64,000 nucleotides of DNA, from assembly GCA_963796275.1 (NCBI GenBank), contig CAWCKY010000001.1, positions 672,001 through 736,000 of the forward strand, written 5' to 3'. This stretch comes from an uncultured Acidobacteriota bacterium (GTDB taxonomy: Bacteria; Acidobacteriota; Blastocatellia; RBC074). The notes beneath the pieces are model-generated. The model was not told the DNA's origin, did not search any database, and saw only the letters and a list, made by a program, of their open reading frames with translations. A program made the translations under genes and the position numbers. The first letter of the stretch is position 1, and each line of letters begins with the position of its first letter. Of the stretch, positions 60,558-64,000 are shown piece after piece.

Positions 60558-60653
60558 ATTTTCGTAACTGCGCAGCCTCTTTCCCGCAAGCGCGGCATGG
60601 AGGCTGTACGCGGATATTATGTTTGATGATATTATTTTTAAGGAGTTCTGCAG

Positions 60654-61361
60654 ATGGCTAGCGATATTACGACAAACAAAACCAAATTTTCAGCCGGGGG
60701 CAAGGATGTAAATGTATTCGTGGCGCGCCCCACGGGGGTTGAGAAGGCGCCGGCGATCATCGTCGTCCAGGAATGGTGGGGGCTCACACCTCACATAGAG
60801 GATATAGCGCAGCGTTATGCGCGCGAGGGGTTCATAGCCGTTGCGCCCGATCTATACGATGGCGTGACCACGAAGGATCCCAAGGAAGCTGCCAACCTGA
60901 TGGGCGCGCTGAAGACCGAGAAAGGGCTTGCATATCTGCAAACCGTGCTCACGCAGTTGCGCTCGATGGATGACGTGACGAGTGTGGGAGTGACCGGGTT
61001 CTGCATGGGAGGAACATACGCGCTGTTGCTTCCCTGTCACGCAAAACTGGAAGCATCGGCTCCATTCTATGGCGATGTGCCGGAAGATACGGCGATTATC
61101 GGCAAGCTGAGCTGCCCGGTTCTCTTCATCGGCGGCGAGAAGGATCAATGGATCAATGTTGATAAGATGAACCGCCTCGACTCAGCGCTCAAGCAGCATT
61201 CCAAGGAAGGGGAAGTTCGCGTATACAAGGGCGCGGATCACGCATTCTTCAATGACACACGTCCAGAAGTTTACAACAAGAATGATGCCGAGGACGCGTG
61301 GAAGAGGGTCATCGTGTTTTTCAACAAGCATCTGCGTAAGGGGCAGGTCGCAGGCGCGTAA
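60654..61361 (+). CDS. Dienelactone hydrolase family protein
   Basis: QEWWGL, APDLY, GFCMGG, HAFFND. Confidence 0.92.
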   Translation: MASDITTNKTKFSAGGKDVNVFVARPTGVEKAPAIIVVQEWWGLTPHIEDIAQRYAREGFIAVAPDLYDGVTTKDPKEAANLMGALKTEKGLAYLQTVLTQLRSMDDVTSVGVTGFCMGGTYALLLPCHAKLEASAPFYGDVPEDTAIIGKLSCPVLFIGGEKDQWINVDKMNRLDSALKQHSKEGEVRVYKGADHAFFNDTRPEVYNKNDAEDAWKRVIVFFNKHLRKGQVAGA

Positions 61362-61373
61362 AATGGGCGCGTA

Positions 61374-62114
61374 ATGGAAGAAATCAAAACAGCGATCATC
61401 ACCGGCGCGTCATCAGGCATCGGCCGGGCGACCGCCCTGGCGTTGGCCGATCAGGGAGCACGTTTATGTCTGCTTGCGCGATCGGGCGGCCGGCTTGACG
61501 AGGTGCGAGATGAAGCCGTAAGGCGTGGGGCGGCTGATGTCTCCCCCTATGTTTGCGATGTGCGCGAAGAGGCTGAAGTAGAAGATGCCGTGAAGGCGGC
61601 GCTCGAACGCTTCGGTCGAATCGACATTCTGATCAATAGCGCTGGTTTGAGCCTCAACGGCGAGGTGGAAGATTACAACCTCAGCGACTGGCGCACGGTG
61701 ATCGACACGAACTTGACGGGAACCTTTTTGACCTGCCGCGCCGTAATACCAGCGATGAAGCGTGGCGGCGGCGGGCAGATCATCAATATTTCATCGGGCG
61801 CAGGCCGCAATGGCATTAAGCATATGGCGGCCTACTGCGCCTCGAAGTTCGGCGTCATAGGATTTACCGAATCGCTGGCGCTCGAAGTCCGTAACCACAA
61901 TATCCGCGTCTCGGTCCTCCTCCCTGGATCAGTGGCAACCGATTTTTCACGCGTCGCGAGACGCGGAACGGCAGAGGATGCAGGTTATTCGATGACCGCT
62001 GAGGAAGTTGCATCGGTGATCGTCGCAATGCTCGCACAACCAGTTCAAGCCTGGATGAGCGAGGTCGTGTTGCGCCCGCTCAATCTCGAACTGCGAAGAA
62101 CGCTGAGAGGTTAG
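61374..62114 (+). CDS. Short-chain dehydrogenase/reductase
   Basis: TGASSGIG, NSAG, YCASK, PGSVATDF. Confidence 0.92.
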   Translation: MEEIKTAIITGASSGIGRATALALADQGARLCLLARSGGRLDEVRDEAVRRGAADVSPYVCDVREEAEVEDAVKAALERFGRIDILINSAGLSLNGEVEDYNLSDWRTVIDTNLTGTFLTCRAVIPAMKRGGGGQIINISSGAGRNGIKHMAAYCASKFGVIGFTESLALEVRNHNIRVSVLLPGSVATDFSRVARRGTAEDAGYSMTAEEVASVIVAMLAQPVQAWMSEVVLRPLNLELRRTLRG

Positions 62115-62116
62115 CA

Positions 62117-63373
62117 ATGGAAGGGGAAGGAATATTATGCGCCGGTTGCGGCATCACGCTCAGACCTTTCATGAAGGTCTGCCCGCGTTGTGGCTTGGAA
62201 CGCGAAAATGTCGATCCGATAGATATCCCGCATAATATTGCAGATAACCGGGAACCCGTTTCTATGGCGAGGCCGGGTTTTCGCCCGGCGAACATGGTTT
62301 TCCTGCCGCCTCTCGAAACTTCACGCAGATTTCCCATCTTCACATCAGCGCAATGGATGCTCATCGCTATCGGCATCGGGTTGCTGATCGTGATGCTGGC
62401 GGTAGCTCTCCTTCTCTGGCGCCAACAGCAACGCGATTTGTCCCAGCTGGCCGACGGCACAAACGTAGTCGCGACTTCGCCCCCGTCCGTGGCTGCCAGA
62501 CCTGAAGCCAGTCCCGCGACAACACCTGCAACGGAAGCTATAGACGATCAAAAGATCACAGATGCGGTCAAAACAGCTTTGATGGCTTACAACCCACTCG
62601 GGTTCGCGCGATACAAGGTCGAAGTCAAAGTAGGAGTGGTGACGCTCGATGGGGAAGCGCTGCATCAACCGGAGAAGGACGGAGCGGATAACGTCACGAG
62701 ACTGATAGCCGGAGTTAAATCTGTCGTCAACAATCTGAAGGTCAAGCCTGAGGAGCCACTATTTCCTCTCAAAGTTAATGCGGCCGAGGCGAAATTGCTC
62801 GACGAAGCCCTCAAGCAACAGATACAGGCGGATGATCAGTCAAGGCAGAAAAATTCACAAGTCGATCCGCAGCGTGAGGCTGAACGCCAGCGACGTGAGA
62901 TGATCGCAGCACGGCAGCGCGAGGAAGAGATCGCTCTGAGGAAAGCCGCGGAGGAGAAATTACGGCGCGAAATCGAAGAGTATGACAAACGTCAGGAAGA
63001 GCTCCGCCGGGCGGAGGCTGAGCGCCGGGCGCGCGCCGAGCAGGCGCGGTTCGATGTTAGCGCACTGCGCACTGGGACAGTGGCCTGGAGCGGAGTCGTC
63101 GACGGGGTCGATGAAATTATATTTTCAGGCTCGAGCGCCTCGGTCCGACACGTGAGCGGTAAACCGCCGCGCGATGTGCGTGCCTCTTTCAGTGCGCCTC
63201 TACCGCGGTCAGTCGTCAACCTAGATCTGGTTTCGACAAGTGGGCGCGGAATCATTGTAATTGTGCAGCATTCTGCGCCGGACAATGGATATACGACCAT
63301 CGTTCGCATTGACGATAGCGGTAAAGGAAACGACAAACGTTATGAATTCACGCTGCGCTGGACATTGAAATGA
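62117..63373 (+). CDS. Membrane-anchored BON-domain protein with N-terminal Zn ribbon, coiled coil and C-terminal beta domain
   Basis: CAGC..CPRC; one TM; BON-like DDQKIT..VEVKVGVVTLDG..GVKSVVNNLKV; E/R-rich coil. Confidence 0.75.
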   Translation: MEGEGILCAGCGITLRPFMKVCPRCGLERENVDPIDIPHNIADNREPVSMARPGFRPANMVFLPPLETSRRFPIFTSAQWMLIAIGIGLLIVMLAVALLLWRQQQRDLSQLADGTNVVATSPPSVAARPEASPATTPATEAIDDQKITDAVKTALMAYNPLGFARYKVEVKVGVVTLDGEALHQPEKDGADNVTRLIAGVKSVVNNLKVKPEEPLFPLKVNAAEAKLLDEALKQQIQADDQSRQKNSQVDPQREAERQRREMIAARQREEEIALRKAAEEKLRREIEEYDKRQEELRRAEAERRARAEQARFDVSALRTGTVAWSGVVDGVDEIIFSGSSASVRHVSGKPPRDVRASFSAPLPRSVVNLDLVSTSGRGIIVIVQHSAPDNGYTTIVRIDDSGKGNDKRYEFTLRWTLK

Positions 63374-63444
63374 TGAGCGGAAGGCGTGGAACGGAGAGGA
63401 GCGGATTTGATACAAGTGGTTCAATTTCGCGACCTTTTTCACTT

Positions 63445-64000
63445 ATGAAAGAAAAATCAAAGCTTAAGGTCAGTACTCCTGCTCTCCCGCGCGCGGCTAC
63501 ATCTCCCATCCGTCTCGGCGTTCATACCGGCATAGGTGGAGGGCTCTATCGCTCGATTCTCGAGGCGAAAAGCAAAGGCTGTCAGACATGGCAAATTTTT
63601 TCACGCAATCCGCGCGGCTGGGAAGCTAAACCTTTGACTCCCGTAGATATAAAGCTGTTCCGCGGAGCACACGAAGAATCAAAACTGGACCCTTGCGTGA
63701 TTCATTCGTGTTATCTGATCAACCTCGCTGCGATGTCGCCCGATCTCCGCACCAAATCGGTCACAGCCTTCCGCGATGAAATTCTGCGCGGCTTGTCGAT
63801 GGGCGCCAATTACCTCGTGGTCCATCCCGGCAGTGCGCGCGAGGCATCCGTGGAGCAGGCGATTGAAGCCTGCGGCGCGGCGCTTCGCGAAGCTGCCGGA
63901 GGGTTGGAAGACCAGATGTGGAAATCCGGATTTGAGATCCTGATCGAAAACACAGCCGGTCAGGGCGGTCAGATCGGCCGCACCTTTGAACAGGTGCGTG
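63445..64000 (+). CDS. nfo: Endonuclease IV (3'-truncated by window edge)
   Basis: RLGVHTGIGGG, QIFSRNPRGW, IHSCYLINLA, VVHPGS, LIENTAGQG. Confidence 0.93.
   Translation, partial: MKEKSKLKVSTPALPRAATSPIRLGVHTGIGGGLYRSILEAKSKGCQTWQIFSRNPRGWEAKPLTPVDIKLFRGAHEESKLDPCVIHSCYLINLAAMSPDLRTKSVTAFRDEILRGLSMGANYLVVHPGSAREASVEQAIEACGAALREAAGGLEDQMWKSGFEILIENTAGQGGQIGRTFEQVR

Overview
Bacterial chromosomal window. Gene content and style (two Oar-type TonB-dependent receptors with carboxypeptidase-regulatory N-termini, LPS heptose genes) suggest Acidobacteria, possibly Blastocatellia-like; this is inference. About 45 CDS. Housekeeping and envelope genes: ggt, polA, ilvE, a Trm112-GT9-rfaE1 LPS cluster, GnnA-like dehydrogenase, ArnT-like transferase, hslO, purQ/purL, rnz, methylmalonyl-CoA mutase, cstA, nagA, nfo. 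There are also two carbohydrate-uptake modules. No rRNA, tRNA, CRISPR array or transposase was recognised. Most notable observations: (1) a FadR-type mini-regulon readable from the DNA, with TGGT-N3-ACCA boxes at identical positions behind sigma70 promoters of the regulator and of a TonB receptor 11 kb away; (2) a divergent PUL-like locus (ROK, TBDR, GH20 / M20 deacylase, APC permease, ~1500-aa GH42-like enzyme); (3) about a dozen intergenic inverted repeats with strand-skewed, often 7-10-bp periodic low-complexity arms, one of which appears to be translated in frame and to supply the signal-peptide h-region of the large glycoside hydrolase; (4) three GC-rich REP-like palindromes; (5) two single-base frameshifts (ArnT-like, ROK) that may be assembly errors.
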